From: Planctomycetota bacterium
GTDB taxonomy: Bacteria; Planctomycetota; PLA2; JAEUHO01
DNA length: 64,000 nucleotides
Direction of reading: 5' to 3'
Assembly: GCA_965222115.1 (NCBI GenBank)
Contig: CBDCTJ010000007.1
Location: forward strand, 2,400,001 to 2,464,000
Shown: positions 18,893 to 28,587 of the stretch, in pieces
Position numbering within the stretch: the first letter of the stretch is position 1
Layout: every line of letters begins with the position of its first letter
Translations under genes and position numbers: made by a program
Notes under the pieces: model-generated
The model's database searches: none
What the model was told of the DNA's origin: nothing
The model's input: only the letters and a program-made list of their open reading frames with translations

Positions 18893-20485
18893 TCACCTTT
18901 TTGCAGGCGATTCGCTCTCAGCTTCGCAGGGACCACCTTGCCGCTGCTCCCTGTAGTAATCAAGCCATGTTCTATCTATGTCAAGGGCCTCACCGCTGCG
19001 CAGGGGGACGTCAAACGGCGGGAGCCCGCCGGGCCTGATTGAGACGAAGTCCAGCATGCGCGGGCCTGCATATGGCAGCCAGCCTTGCGCGAGCGCACGT
19101 TTTAGAAATGCCCTGCCCTCTGATGACTCATAGGGAAGAGGTCTGTAGCCTCTGGTCAGTTTGTCGTAGCGATCGTCAAAGTACCCGACGATCGAAACCA
19201 ATGGGCGCGAGGAAAGTTTGTGGTTTCTCCAACAATTGATTGTGTGAATTCGAGACCCTACCTCTTTGTCATGTAGGTCATCTTGACTGTCCTGTTTGCG
19301 GACATTTTCGATACTCGCAGTTAATATGGATTTACCTCTCAATTTGAATCGCCTTGCAACTGGTAGATTGACCATGTGGGGCCATTCCCTGCATTCGCCA
19401 CTTGCGGCTTGCCTGTTTCTGAATTTCTCGCAACTGGTTGAGCTGAGATCATCACCCCAGCAATCAGCTTCCCAAACTCCCTCAAGGCTAATCCAATCCA
19501 CAGAACGCAAGAGAGCATTTCTGGTGTTCTCATCCGCGCTTTTGAACTCGCGACCGTTACTTCCGCAGAGTGGATATGAGTTGACAAGGCTCCAGGGGTT
19601 CTGAACACAAACCACGAAGTCCTTGGATTCGTTTCGCGCGCGGGCCGTCTTCGCCAGCTCAACCACGAGGCGAGCCATATTGCTCACTCCCTGATCGCGG
19701 CATCTTTCATACAATTTGCTCGCTGCTTTCTTCGCTTTCTCTTGATCATTCGCGTCCTCATAAAGATCTTTCAAGTATTCAAGGACGAGCGCCTGCTTTA
19801 CTCGATTGCCATTGGTGTCTGGTGTGGCTCCCTTCTTCTCAGGCTCATACATCCACCAGCTATAGTCAGCAATGCCGTTGATGTTGTCAAGAAACACGCC
19901 GTCAAATCCAGCCTTTATAATTTCATGAAGATAGGATGGTCCGGTTCGTGGTTCACCTTTTGATTTGCGATCTCCGAGTAAAATGCGCAGCCATTCCGAA
20001 TGATTCGGATCCATGTAAAATTCTTTGTGCGTACTATCTGACCAGCTGCTTGGCATCAGTACGCCAGTTGCGAGAGACTTGGGAAACTTACTTGTGCCAA
20101 AGAACTTCTTTTTCAGGTGCTCCTTGTTCTTGGAAGCCGTCCAATAATCCCGCCAGGTTTCGCAGCACCCTACATTTAGATATGCAATGACGAGTCCATC
20201 ATTGTTGCGAAGGAATTTTCGATACAACTCGACGGACGAGTTTTCTTTGCCATTGATCGCGTCGTCAGGATCAATAACGACGACGTCGTAGTGGCCCTTG
20301 ACGCGTTCGAGCTTCGATGGGCGGGGAGTGTCTAGTATTGAGGCCCATGCCATCGCGTTACGAACCTGTGCTCGCTTGCCTGCTACTTTAGCTTGCTGGT
20401 CGTCAGCAGCGGCTTTCGGGCTAGCGGCCACCAAAAGCGCGATCGCCAAAATTGACACTCGCCGAATTCCTACGCCCATAATCAT
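18893..20485 (-). CDS. Secreted endo-alpha-1,4-polygalactosaminidase-like glycoside hydrolase (GH114 / PelA-like)
   Basis: Signal peptide; YDVVVIDP, VIAYLNVGCCETWRDYW, KAGFDGVFLDN, VQN motifs. Confidence 0.75.
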   Translation of the reverse strand: MIMGVGIRRVSILAIALLVAASPKAAADDQQAKVAGKRAQVRNAMAWASILDTPRPSKLERVKGHYDVVVIDPDDAINGKENSSVELYRKFLRNNDGLVIAYLNVGCCETWRDYWTASKNKEHLKKKFFGTSKFPKSLATGVLMPSSWSDSTHKEFYMDPNHSEWLRILLGDRKSKGEPRTGPSYLHEIIKAGFDGVFLDNINGIADYSWWMYEPEKKGATPDTNGNRVKQALVLEYLKDLYEDANDQEKAKKAASKLYERCRDQGVSNMARLVVELAKTARARNESKDFVVCVQNPWSLVNSYPLCGSNGREFKSADENTRNALLRSVDWISLEGVWEADCWGDDLSSTSCEKFRNRQAASGECREWPHMVNLPVARRFKLRGKSILTASIENVRKQDSQDDLHDKEVGSRIHTINCWRNHKLSSRPLVSIVGYFDDRYDKLTRGYRPLPYESSEGRAFLKRALAQGWLPYAGPRMLDFVSIRPGGLPPFDVPLRSGEALDIDRTWLDYYREQRQGGPCEAESESPAKR

Positions 20486-20588
20486 CCTCCACGCTGTTCT
20501 GGTTCAAACTTGAACCCGCCAAGTTAGGGCTCTCGCGTGCGTGGTCAAGTTGGCTACGCAATCGCTCACCCAGTCGCGCGGGCTGGCC

Positions 20589-20610
20589 ATCGGGGCATCT
20601 CATCGAGGCA
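20589..20610 (+). repeat. Putative integrase arm-type sites (right)
   Basis: ATCGGGGCA-4 nt-ATCGAGGCA, matching 12498-12520. Confidence 0.6.
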
Positions 20611-20725
20611 ACACCTCCAGAAACGGCGATTGGCGCGACTTTGCGTGTGTTGACAGTTAGCGCCAAACGGCTAGTATTAGCCACAAATCCTCATTTTAAG
20701 GGTGCGGCAGAATAGCCATTTTCGA

Positions 20726-20769
20726 ATTCTTAATCCGTGGGTCCGAGGTTCGAGTCCCTGAGCGGGTAC
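20726..20769 (+). repeat. att site: displaced 3' half of tRNA-Lys
   Basis: 43 of 44 identical to 12397-12440; begins at the anticodon arm. Confidence 0.95.
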
Positions 20770-20888
20770 GTGTTTATTTAATCAAGGGGCAAAGCCCCTT
20801 ACGCTTCAGACTTGGACTGCGTCGCGTCGCGACTTCTCCAAGATCTGAAGCTATCCCCGTGTGGGCAGTTCGACGCGGATTGTGATTT

Positions 20889-21202
20889 GGCCCTTCGATG
20901 CGCACTGCGTGGATCTTCGATCCACTAGTGCTTACTCAGGATCTACGATTTCATCGGGTCTTCGACCCTCGAAATCTCCGACACGCGCCTAGAGCAATCT
21001 ATACCTTCTTTAGTCGTGGTCACGCGTAGGTGGAGACTCGTGCATGTCACACTTGGTGAAGCGCGTTGGACTCAAGCACCGCAACCTGTCATGTTTCAAT
21101 TCTCAGGAGGCGGATTGAATGTCCAAGGGCAAAGCACTTGGACGTGAAATCCTGAGTAAGCACAAGCGGATCTCTGATCCGTGCAGTGCGCATCGAAGGG
21201 CC
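20889..21202. repeat. Inverted pair of REP-like palindromic units (20889-20942 and 21149-21202)
   Basis: CCCTTCGATGCGC..GGATC.hairpin.GATCC..TGCTTACTCAGG and its reverse complement. Confidence 0.8.
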
Positions 21203-21230
21203 GATCTGGAGGTCTCGTGTGTCCTCAAGT
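21081..21230 (+). repeat. 150-bp direct repeat, copy A
   Basis: Aligns without gaps to 24056-24205 (GCAACCTGT...GTGTGTCCTCAAGT). Confidence 0.9.
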
Positions 21231-21372
21231 TGTGAAGTTCGAGACACGGTTAGAGGCGTAAATTGAGTTATTGAACGCGGACTTGAACGATTCCATTGAA
21301 TGGAGTACATCGCGGCACGGTATACCAGAGTGTGGAAGCCTTCATCTGGCGGTCTACATACGGAGAAGTTCT

Positions 21373-21870
21373 TTGAGTCGGGCAGTCGGTTTCGCATCGC
21401 TTGGAATCGTCCTACTAGCCATCGTAGTTGGGGCTAATGCGCTTCGCCAAACGAGGCAATCGGACTCACTGTCAGTCGCATTTGGAGAGCCTGTCAAACT
21501 CTACTTCCGTTCGGAATTCATGATCCCCGTCGAATCTGGTGGAGAACCCCCGGTTGATTTCGAATGGCGACTTCACGTAACGTTTCTCGCGGATGGGACG
21601 TTCGCCTATCACTGGGTTCCGGGCTCCGACGCATCCGTTCGTGAAGGGGAATTGTATGGAACGTGGCAACTACGTCGTCTCGGCGAAGGCGGCGTGACCA
21701 CTTGGTATCTCATGAGTCGCCCGAATGGCCGGGAATTGAACGCTCAGACGCATGAATGGCCAGTAGTCACTCAAGGCGTCGATGGACGAACGTGGTTCGT
21801 TCCGGTGCTCGACGTTGAACGGGGCGAACTCGAAACGAAGCGAACCTGGGCTATTCGAAGAAAACGGTAG
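21373..21870 (+). CDS. Hypothetical secreted/membrane-anchored protein
   Basis: GGAG then TTG start; N-terminal hydrophobic helix. Confidence 0.55.
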   Translation: MSRAVGFASLGIVLLAIVVGANALRQTRQSDSLSVAFGEPVKLYFRSEFMIPVESGGEPPVDFEWRLHVTFLADGTFAYHWVPGSDASVREGELYGTWQLRRLGEGGVTTWYLMSRPNGRELNAQTHEWPVVTQGVDGRTWFVPVLDVERGELETKRTWAIRRKR

Positions 21871-22002
21871 GGGGTATTGTGCAGCGGTGCCATCCACGGA
21901 AGTTGAGCAAGGTGGCGGGCGAAACGCTGGTCATTTGGGCGCTCGTTGACTTCGGTACAGCTAGGAGGTAATGTGGCGCGCTACATCCGTGGGGTCCCAC
22001 TT

Positions 22003-23964
22003 TCACTCATCGTTCAATTCAATATCTACGACGTGGCGTTCCCCAGCTCGAAGCGTCACTGATTGAGTAGACTTCGGGTGAACAAAGCCTGTTGAGAAGC
22101 CTACCGAGTAAGTCCCTTCGGCGATGTCAGCAATCTCAACGCTTCCGCCCTTGAGATCCTTGCTCCACGACCAGGGTTCGGTGTTCGTGCTTAGTGAATG
22201 GCGCTCTTTGGACCAGATCACCGTGCCGCGTGCAGTCTTTACTAAGGTCCCCTGCTTCATGATTCGGACGAGGAGCGTGGCGCCTTTTCTTAACCTGAAC
22301 GTACGGCGGTATGGCGTTGCGGAAGCATCGAGGGAGTCGGAGATCTCCTTTTCAACGTATCCGGGCGCACTTGCTGAAATTTCCACCGGACCGGCTCTGA
22401 ACGTGCCCCGAAAGATGCCGGTTGGGCGCTCGCGGTTGGCTTCGTTACCTTCCGATCCCCAGGAGGTTACTTCTTCTGGGCGTTCGACGGAATACGACAC
22501 CCATACTTCTGCTTTAGGAATGGGCTTGCGCGTGTCCGAATCCACGACATGGACTTCCATGGAAACTGGTGGTGGGACTTCCAGTCGCAGTCCTGCGATG
22601 TCGTCGGGCACTCGGACGTACCAGGACTGGCCAAATGGATACACCGTAATCATGTAGAGTCCACGCGGTACATCCTGCCACTCGATGGGCCAATGGGATC
22701 CCTGTTCCCGCGTGTCGAGCAAACACTCACGATCAATCCAATCATTATCGTCAAGCGCACCCTCCATCCGGATACGGCTTGGTCTGCGTCCCCAAGCTGA
22801 TGGAACGATCAGCTCACCGCGGACGTCGTGCATTGAATCGGAGTCTTGAGGAGGAATGTTGATGGATGCGTCTACCGCTTGTCCGGCATGCACCTCGACG
22901 TCCTGCTGGGCCCACACCTCAGAAATGAACAAGTCCGAGTCTCTGCCCACAAGCACTTGCCATGTACCGGGTCGCAGGCCGGACACTCGGAAGTGATCGT
23001 TATCCACTTTGACCAATTCGCCAGAGCGCAACATTTTGGCCCTTTTGTCATTCAGCATCTCGGATTCGACACCATCCATCACCCGCGCGATGCGGATCGC
23101 GTAGGGCGGGAGTGCCTTTGGGCAGATTACTTCTACGTTCAATCCGCCGCCCACCTTCAGCGAAACGTCTATGACTTCGACATCGGGCGAAGCTTCGACA
23201 CGCGCCCAGGCGCAATCGGGTGCACGAACCCACCAAGACGTTGGACGATTCGTACGTGGCAATTTGATCGATCCGCTTTCGTCGGCGGCGCGGCGTTTGC
23301 CTTCAAGGGAAGCGGCTGATGGTGTGGGAAACTCTCTGCAGTACTCATCGGATCCAGACATGCAGTAGGCGTATGCGTCGGCACGAGCGTTGCCGCGTTC
23401 GTCCGTGACCGAAAGGACGGTCTTGTCCACGACGCGGACAACAATTTCGAAAAGACCTGGTCCGATTCGCTTGGCCTCTTTGGAGTGATTGTCCGACACC
23501 CGTCCATCTAAAGTCATCGCATGGACTTCGTATCGCTTCGCCGTTACGGGTAGGGCAACCTTGGCGTACCGACGAATTCTTAGCCAGAACTTGTTGTTGA
23601 CGTCATCATCCGCTACCAGCGAGACGAGAATGTTCCATGGCTTAACGCCGGACCCCACGAAGCGAACTTTTACGCGTGGGCTTGTGTCGGTTGGTGGGTT
23701 GGCGGGCAGTTTGGTGACGGCGGTCTCTATGACCCCTGACTCTACGACCTCGGTTTCGACTATCGGATTCGAGCTGCGATCTCCTGTACCAATCAAGAGC
23801 GGGGCTTCATCGTGCTGAGTTTCGTTGGTCTCCGATTGCATGGATACAGCGTTTTCGGGCGCCCGCCCTGATCGGTCACTCATTGCAAGCCATACAATGA
23901 CCCCTGCAGCTATGGCTGTAAGTGTCCATCCCACCAGCCGCGAACGATCAAGTCGCGTATCCAT
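22003..23964 (-). CDS. Membrane-anchored protein with carboxypeptidase-regulatory-like (beta-sandwich) repeats
   Basis: GAGGAG RBS; N-terminal TM; VVDSDTRKPIPKAEV, SAPGYV, FRVSGLRPGTW motifs. Confidence 0.75.
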   Translation of the reverse strand: MDTRLDRSRLVGWTLTAIAAGVIVWLAMSDRSGRAPENAVSMQSETNETQHDEAPLLIGTGDRSSNPIVETEVVESGVIETAVTKLPANPPTDTSPRVKVRFVGSGVKPWNILVSLVADDDVNNKFWLRIRRYAKVALPVTAKRYEVHAMTLDGRVSDNHSKEAKRIGPGLFEIVVRVVDKTVLSVTDERGNARADAYAYCMSGSDEYCREFPTPSAASLEGKRRAADESGSIKLPRTNRPTSWWVRAPDCAWARVEASPDVEVIDVSLKVGGGLNVEVICPKALPPYAIRIARVMDGVESEMLNDKRAKMLRSGELVKVDNDHFRVSGLRPGTWQVLVGRDSDLFISEVWAQQDVEVHAGQAVDASINIPPQDSDSMHDVRGELIVPSAWGRRPSRIRMEGALDDNDWIDRECLLDTREQGSHWPIEWQDVPRGLYMITVYPFGQSWYVRVPDDIAGLRLEVPPPVSMEVHVVDSDTRKPIPKAEVWVSYSVERPEEVTSWGSEGNEANRERPTGIFRGTFRAGPVEISASAPGYVEKEISDSLDASATPYRRTFRLRKGATLLVRIMKQGTLVKTARGTVIWSKERHSLSTNTEPWSWSKDLKGGSVEIADIAEGTYSVGFSTGFVHPKSTQSVTLRAGERHVVDIELNDE

Positions 23965-24055
23965 GCTTCGCTCCTCGAAGTCGCGATGATAGCACGAGCG
24001 ACACGGCTTGTAGTTTGGCGAAATACACCTTGTAACGTCGAACTTGTTTGGTCCT

Positions 24056-24205
24056 GCAACCTGTTGCGCTTCAATTCTCGAGAATCGTGTTGAATGTCCA
24101 AGGGAACAGCCCTTGGACGTGAAATCCTGAGTAAGCTCAAGCGGATCTTTGATCCGCAAAGGGCGCATCGAAGGGCCGATCTAGAATGAGTGTGTGTCCT
24201 CAAGT
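24056..24205 (+). repeat. 150-bp direct repeat, copy B (contains a REP-like unit at 24126-24177)
   Basis: Aligns to 21081-21230. Confidence 0.9.
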
Positions 24206-24228
24206 AGAGACTCGCGACGCAAATTCAC

Positions 24229-25068
24229 CTACTTCTCCAGCGTCAACTCAATGCGCGTAACGCCCCGCAACTCTATGTTCTTCTCACCGCCGACCGTGCG
24301 ATAGATAAACTGGCCGCGGCGATTCAGCATGATCGTCGGAACGACGCCTGTGCGTGCATCGAGTAGCGCCTTACTAACAGTGATGTCGTCGCCATCGGCA
24401 GTGATGAGGCGTGCTAAGGCAATCGCGCGAGACTCGACAAGGTCGAGCACATCGGCGAGGTGATAGCCACGTCGCTTTCGGCGCGAATTTGGATTTCCTT
24501 TCTTCGAGCGATCGGTGGCTGGTGTTTGCGAGAGTTCGAACGGCTTGAGTTGATTCATCTGATCGGAGGTCAAGCGCTGCGGCTGTTCACTGAGCGTGAC
24601 GACTTCGAGTGACTTGGCGTCCTTGTTTGGCTTGGCTTGAGGCACGGTTCGGATATGGATCGACGTTGCCGCGTAGAGCGCGAGCGATGGTTTCTTGATG
24701 AGACGGCGTACTTCCTCGGTGAGTTCAGGTCGATCCCGGCGAAAGATCCCCAAGGCGGGACGTCCGCCATCATCAAGAAACAGTATGACATCTTGATCTC
24801 GATAGCGTTTCGCTGGTTCTTCGATGCGCAAGACACGCGAGGGACTCCTGGCCTCTAGTACAAGCCACGTCTTGTAATCTGGTAGCCCTTTGGCGATCGC
24901 CTCATTCAAATGCAGTCGAGGGTGAAGCGCCTCGGCGCTCAGCAACGCACGTTCGTTGCCATCTAGGAGGACTCGCAGCGTTCCATTCGACGTGGGCATC
25001 GGAGCCGAGTTGTCGCCGCATGCGGTGAGCACCAGCCCGGCAAGAATGAATGAGAGTTGTCTAAACAC
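24229..25068 (-). CDS. Hypothetical lipoprotein
   Basis: GAGGA RBS, GTG start, lipobox LTAC. Confidence 0.65.
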   Translation of the reverse strand: MFRQLSFILAGLVLTACGDNSAPMPTSNGTLRVLLDGNERALLSAEALHPRLHLNEAIAKGLPDYKTWLVLEARSPSRVLRIEEPAKRYRDQDVILFLDDGGRPALGIFRRDRPELTEEVRRLIKKPSLALYAATSIHIRTVPQAKPNKDAKSLEVVTLSEQPQRLTSDQMNQLKPFELSQTPATDRSKKGNPNSRRKRRGYHLADVLDLVESRAIALARLITADGDDITVSKALLDARTGVVPTIMLNRRGQFIYRTVGGEKNIELRGVTRIELTLEK

Positions 25069-25229
25069 GTTCGTCCTCGCTCCCAGACGCCGCCCAACGG
25101 GCCCGTTCGATCTCAATCGTAGCGCACTGCGTTGAATTGGCGCCAGGAGGGCAAGTGCTTTCAAATCTGAAAAAATGCTGTATAGTTTGGGTCGCACATG
25201 AGCGCGTCGTGGCACGCCTGGAGGATCCA

Positions 25230-26870
25230 ATGAAGTTCTTATTGCGTCTATTGTGTATCCCAGCTTTCGCGCTTTCACTCGCCGCTTGCGGCGGCGGGGG
25301 CGGTGGAAACAACGCGACGCCTCCCGGGCAGCAGATCGCGGTGCTCGATGTTGATATCGCGGCCGGCACGGTAACCGTGACCAGTCCTGCGAGTCATCTA
25401 GTTGTTACGGGAACGTCGACCGACGATGGCGGTGGCAATGCCACGGTGAATCTCTCGGTATTGAGCAACTTTCCACGCTTGCTATTCAATTTGAAGGCGC
25501 TCGTAACGTCGCTCAGCGACGGGACCACCGCGGGCGACGGCGATTTTGCCGGCGATCCGTACGTCTACTTCGGACCCAACGCGCTTGCGCCAGCGGCCAC
25601 CGAGTCGAGTTCGCTGACCATTACGGGACTTGGTGGCACCACCTTCAGCATGACCGTTGAGTGGGTGGACCATCCCATGGTGTTTGTGCCCGGCGACAAC
25701 AACGGTGGAGGCCCGATCCTTGCCATGGACTCATCAGGGACTGGCGAGAACAACCCGATCGATACCGACGCATTCGCGCTTCATGCAGGAGGAAACGCGG
25801 GCAATCAAGGCGGGGCCGTGTCCCCAGACGGCCGCTTTCTTTACCTGGCGCCAAGAAATCAGCCCGGCATCATCACGGTCGATCTTACGACCATGACCCC
25901 CGTGATGGGTGCCGACTTGACTGGTGGCACGATCGCGTTCGACGCCACAGGTTCAGTAGGTTTCCTTGATGACGTCATCATGTCGCCCGATGGGCAGTTC
26001 CTTTATGCGCTCCTGACGGAGGGATGTCATTCCGGCGGCAGTTTTGGGGGCGACGTCGATGGACATGGCGGTGCATCCCTCGTGGCACCTTCGGATGTTC
26101 ATATTGTAAAGCTCAATCGCGTGACACAGGCAGAGGTTGGACGTGCCACGTTGGCGACAGCCCTCCCGCTTGTTGATGGCAATTCTCCAACGGGCAAGGG
26201 ACTCAGTCTCTCACCTTCGGGTACGCGGCTCGCGGCATGCATACGAGAGGGTGGGATGGTGTACGTTGTGGACGCCGCAACAATGACTATCTTTGATGCA
26301 GACCTCGTTACGGCGGGGACGCAGGGATTTGACACGACCAGCATTGGGAATCGGCCGCGCAGGACGGTTTTCCGCGACGACAACAGTGTGCTCGTCGCCC
26401 TCTCAGGCGATGGGGATTCGAGTGGCGGTACACACGACTCAACAATGTTGACGATCGATGTTGCCGCTCGCACCGTTGGGTCCTTGGCGCCGGCGGCGGA
26501 GTACGCCGGGACGTACACATACAACTACATCGGTGCCGTTCGCAGGCACCCGGATGGGCGCATGTTCATCTTTCACCCCTACAATGACAACTTCCCCTGT
26601 GTAGCTGCCTATGATTTCGGCGCAAACATGTGGACGACCGCGTTTGACAATCCAGACTCGTTCGATACGGCGGGCGCGTGCTTCAGTCCCGACGGATCAA
26701 GGGTGTATATATACGTCCGACGAGGTCTCACAGACGTTGAAGACTCTTTGGTGATCCTCGATGCCGATACCTTGCTCATCGAGCCCATGGAGGCGACCGG
26801 TGATGACGAAGTGCTAACCCAAGGCACGAACACGCCCTACGGCCACACCTGCATCGTGACGCCGTTCTAG
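25230..26870 (+). CDS. Lipoprotein with YncE/YVTN-like beta-propeller
   Basis: GGAGG RBS; lipobox LAAC-GGGGGG; repeated SPDGR.LY blades. Confidence 0.8.
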   Translation: MKFLLRLLCIPAFALSLAACGGGGGGNNATPPGQQIAVLDVDIAAGTVTVTSPASHLVVTGTSTDDGGGNATVNLSVLSNFPRLLFNLKALVTSLSDGTTAGDGDFAGDPYVYFGPNALAPAATESSSLTITGLGGTTFSMTVEWVDHPMVFVPGDNNGGGPILAMDSSGTGENNPIDTDAFALHAGGNAGNQGGAVSPDGRFLYLAPRNQPGIITVDLTTMTPVMGADLTGGTIAFDATGSVGFLDDVIMSPDGQFLYALLTEGCHSGGSFGGDVDGHGGASLVAPSDVHIVKLNRVTQAEVGRATLATALPLVDGNSPTGKGLSLSPSGTRLAACIREGGMVYVVDAATMTIFDADLVTAGTQGFDTTSIGNRPRRTVFRDDNSVLVALSGDGDSSGGTHDSTMLTIDVAARTVGSLAPAAEYAGTYTYNYIGAVRRHPDGRMFIFHPYNDNFPCVAAYDFGANMWTTAFDNPDSFDTAGACFSPDGSRVYIYVRRGLTDVEDSLVILDADTLLIEPMEATGDDEVLTQGTNTPYGHTCIVTPF

Positions 26871-26953
26871 TGATTCGTCAAAGACGAATCAGTAAGTTGT
26901 GTTCTTCTCACGCGTGGAGTTTCGAGTAGAGCTCTTGAGCTTGGTCCGCGCCT

Positions 26954-27249
26954 TCGTCGGCGCGACCATTTGCCGTCTTGGCATCCAAGATGTCCTCGCG
27001 CACACTCTCGCGAAACGTTCGCTTGAGCAAATCATCAACTACACCCGCGATGGGTACAGCCACCGGCCCCAACCGGCCTCAACCGGCGCGCAACGAGGTT
27101 AGCACCGGGCACCGCGGGTTCATCTCGTCACGAAAGAATCTTGCGCATTACTAGAATTGCCGGCTTACCAGGTTGTATCAATCCTGCAATCCCTCCGCGC
27201 CACATGCCGTTGCCCGTTTCGTAAGGCGCGGCGCCAAAGATCTCTGCAA
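26954..27249 (-). pseudogene. Degraded fragment homologous to the HEAT region of the 34548-37709 gene
   Basis: Nucleotide similarity to about 35215-35500 (e.g. GGCATCCAAGATGTC, TTCGCTTGAGCAAATCA, AGCACCGGGCACCGCG), with a small CAACCGG tandem insertion. Confidence 0.8.
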
Positions 27250-27543
27250 GCGATGCGCGTTCCAATTCTGAACTTAGCGGTGTGACATTCGCCTGGCGAC
27301 AGCAAATTGGCGCGATTCACTTCGACTAAGCAGCGGGTGAGCCCTCGCACACGCCCACTTGCAAGCCCAACGTCCGCTAAGAATGGGCGCCTGCCGTGGA
27401 TTGTAAACGTACGTGTTTCGATTCATGTACTGCACGTAAAGGGGTGTGAGGACCACCGGCCGTCGAAAACGCCGTCCTGGTAGGTTTCGCAACCATTCGA
27501 AGATGACGGTGCGAATTGACGGTTCGCCTAGGAGGTTCAGACT

Positions 27544-28587
27544 GTGGCATACGCACGCTTGGTTTCATTGGTTGTGCTGACGTTCGCGTTCAGTTTGCCC
27601 CATGCGGGTTGTGGAGGCAGCAGCGACACGATTACGCTTCAAGGTTCGGGCGCTAGCTTTCCCGCGCCGATCTACTCGCGCTGGTTTAAAGAGTACAACC
27701 GCGCCAATCCCGACGTGCGCGTCAACTACCAATCGGTGGGTTCAGGAGCCGGCGTTAAGGCGTTCATCGCTGAGCAAACCGATTTCGGCGCAAGCGACGC
27801 GGCGATGAAGGACGGTGAGATTGCGCAGGTCAAACGCGGTGCCGTGTTGCTTCCTATGACCGCTGGAAGCATCGTGTTGGCCTACAACCTTCCGGGTGTG
27901 AAGGAACTAAAGTTATCCCGCGATGCATACTCGGGCATCTTCCTTGGCAAGATAAAGAACTGGAACGATCCGAAGATCACGGAATCCAATCCAGGCCTGT
28001 CGCTCCCGGATCAATCGATCACGATTGTTCGCCGTTCGGATGGCAGTGGGACCACCTACGTGTTCACCAAGCACCTCGCCGAGATCAGTGCGGCGTGGCG
28101 CGCGGGCCCGGGGGTCGGCAAATCGATCAGTTGGCTTGGCAACAATGTAGGTGGCAAGAAGAACGACGGCGTTGCGGCACTCCTGAAACAGACCGAAGGT
28201 TCCATCGGTTACGTGGAGTACGGATTCGCGGTATCTACGAGTCTCTCCATGGCGTCCCTAGAGAACAAGGACGGCCACTACATTCATCCCTCTCCGGAGA
28301 CAGCACAGGCAGCCCTCGCCAACGTCACGCTACCCAGCAACATGATTGCCTGGGTTTCGGACCCATCGGGTGCGAACTCCTATCCGATCGTGACCTACAC
28401 ATGGATGTTGATCTACAAGCAGTACGCCGATGCCAAGAAAGTCAAGGCGCTCAAGCAAGTCCTCAAGTGGTGCTTGAACGACGGTCAAAAGTTGGCCAAT
28501 GAACTTCACTACATCCCGCTTCCCCGAAACGTGGTCGAGGTTGTGAGTCGGGCGGTGGATGGCATTGCCACGGGGGCTAGCAGCTAA
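27544..28587 (+). CDS. pstS: Phosphate ABC transporter substrate-binding protein
   Basis: GSGASFP, YQSVGSGAG, DFGASD, RRSDGSGTT, IGYVE, YPI motifs. Confidence 0.97.
   Translation: MAYARLVSLVVLTFAFSLPHAGCGGSSDTITLQGSGASFPAPIYSRWFKEYNRANPDVRVNYQSVGSGAGVKAFIAEQTDFGASDAAMKDGEIAQVKRGAVLLPMTAGSIVLAYNLPGVKELKLSRDAYSGIFLGKIKNWNDPKITESNPGLSLPDQSITIVRRSDGSGTTYVFTKHLAEISAAWRAGPGVGKSISWLGNNVGGKKNDGVAALLKQTEGSIGYVEYGFAVSTSLSMASLENKDGHYIHPSPETAQAALANVTLPSNMIAWVSDPSGANSYPIVTYTWMLIYKQYADAKKVKALKQVLKWCLNDGQKLANELHYIPLPRNVVEVVSRAVDGIATGASS

Larger units (their letters stand above)
12397..20769. mobile_element. Integrative island 1 in tRNA-Lys (about 8.3 kb)
   Basis: 44-bp direct repeat of the tRNA 3' half (12397-12440 and 20726-20769, one mismatch), adjacent tyrosine integrase, shared arm-like repeats at both ends. 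Confidence 0.92.

Noticed and set aside
20726-20769. Possible second tRNA-Lys (and a second tRNA-Ala at 52556-52602)
   Set aside because: Only 3' halves, with no D arm or 5' acceptor strand; these are att sites.
27250-27543. Pho boxes upstream of pstS
   Set aside because: No convincing 11-bp-spaced direct repeats seen by eye.
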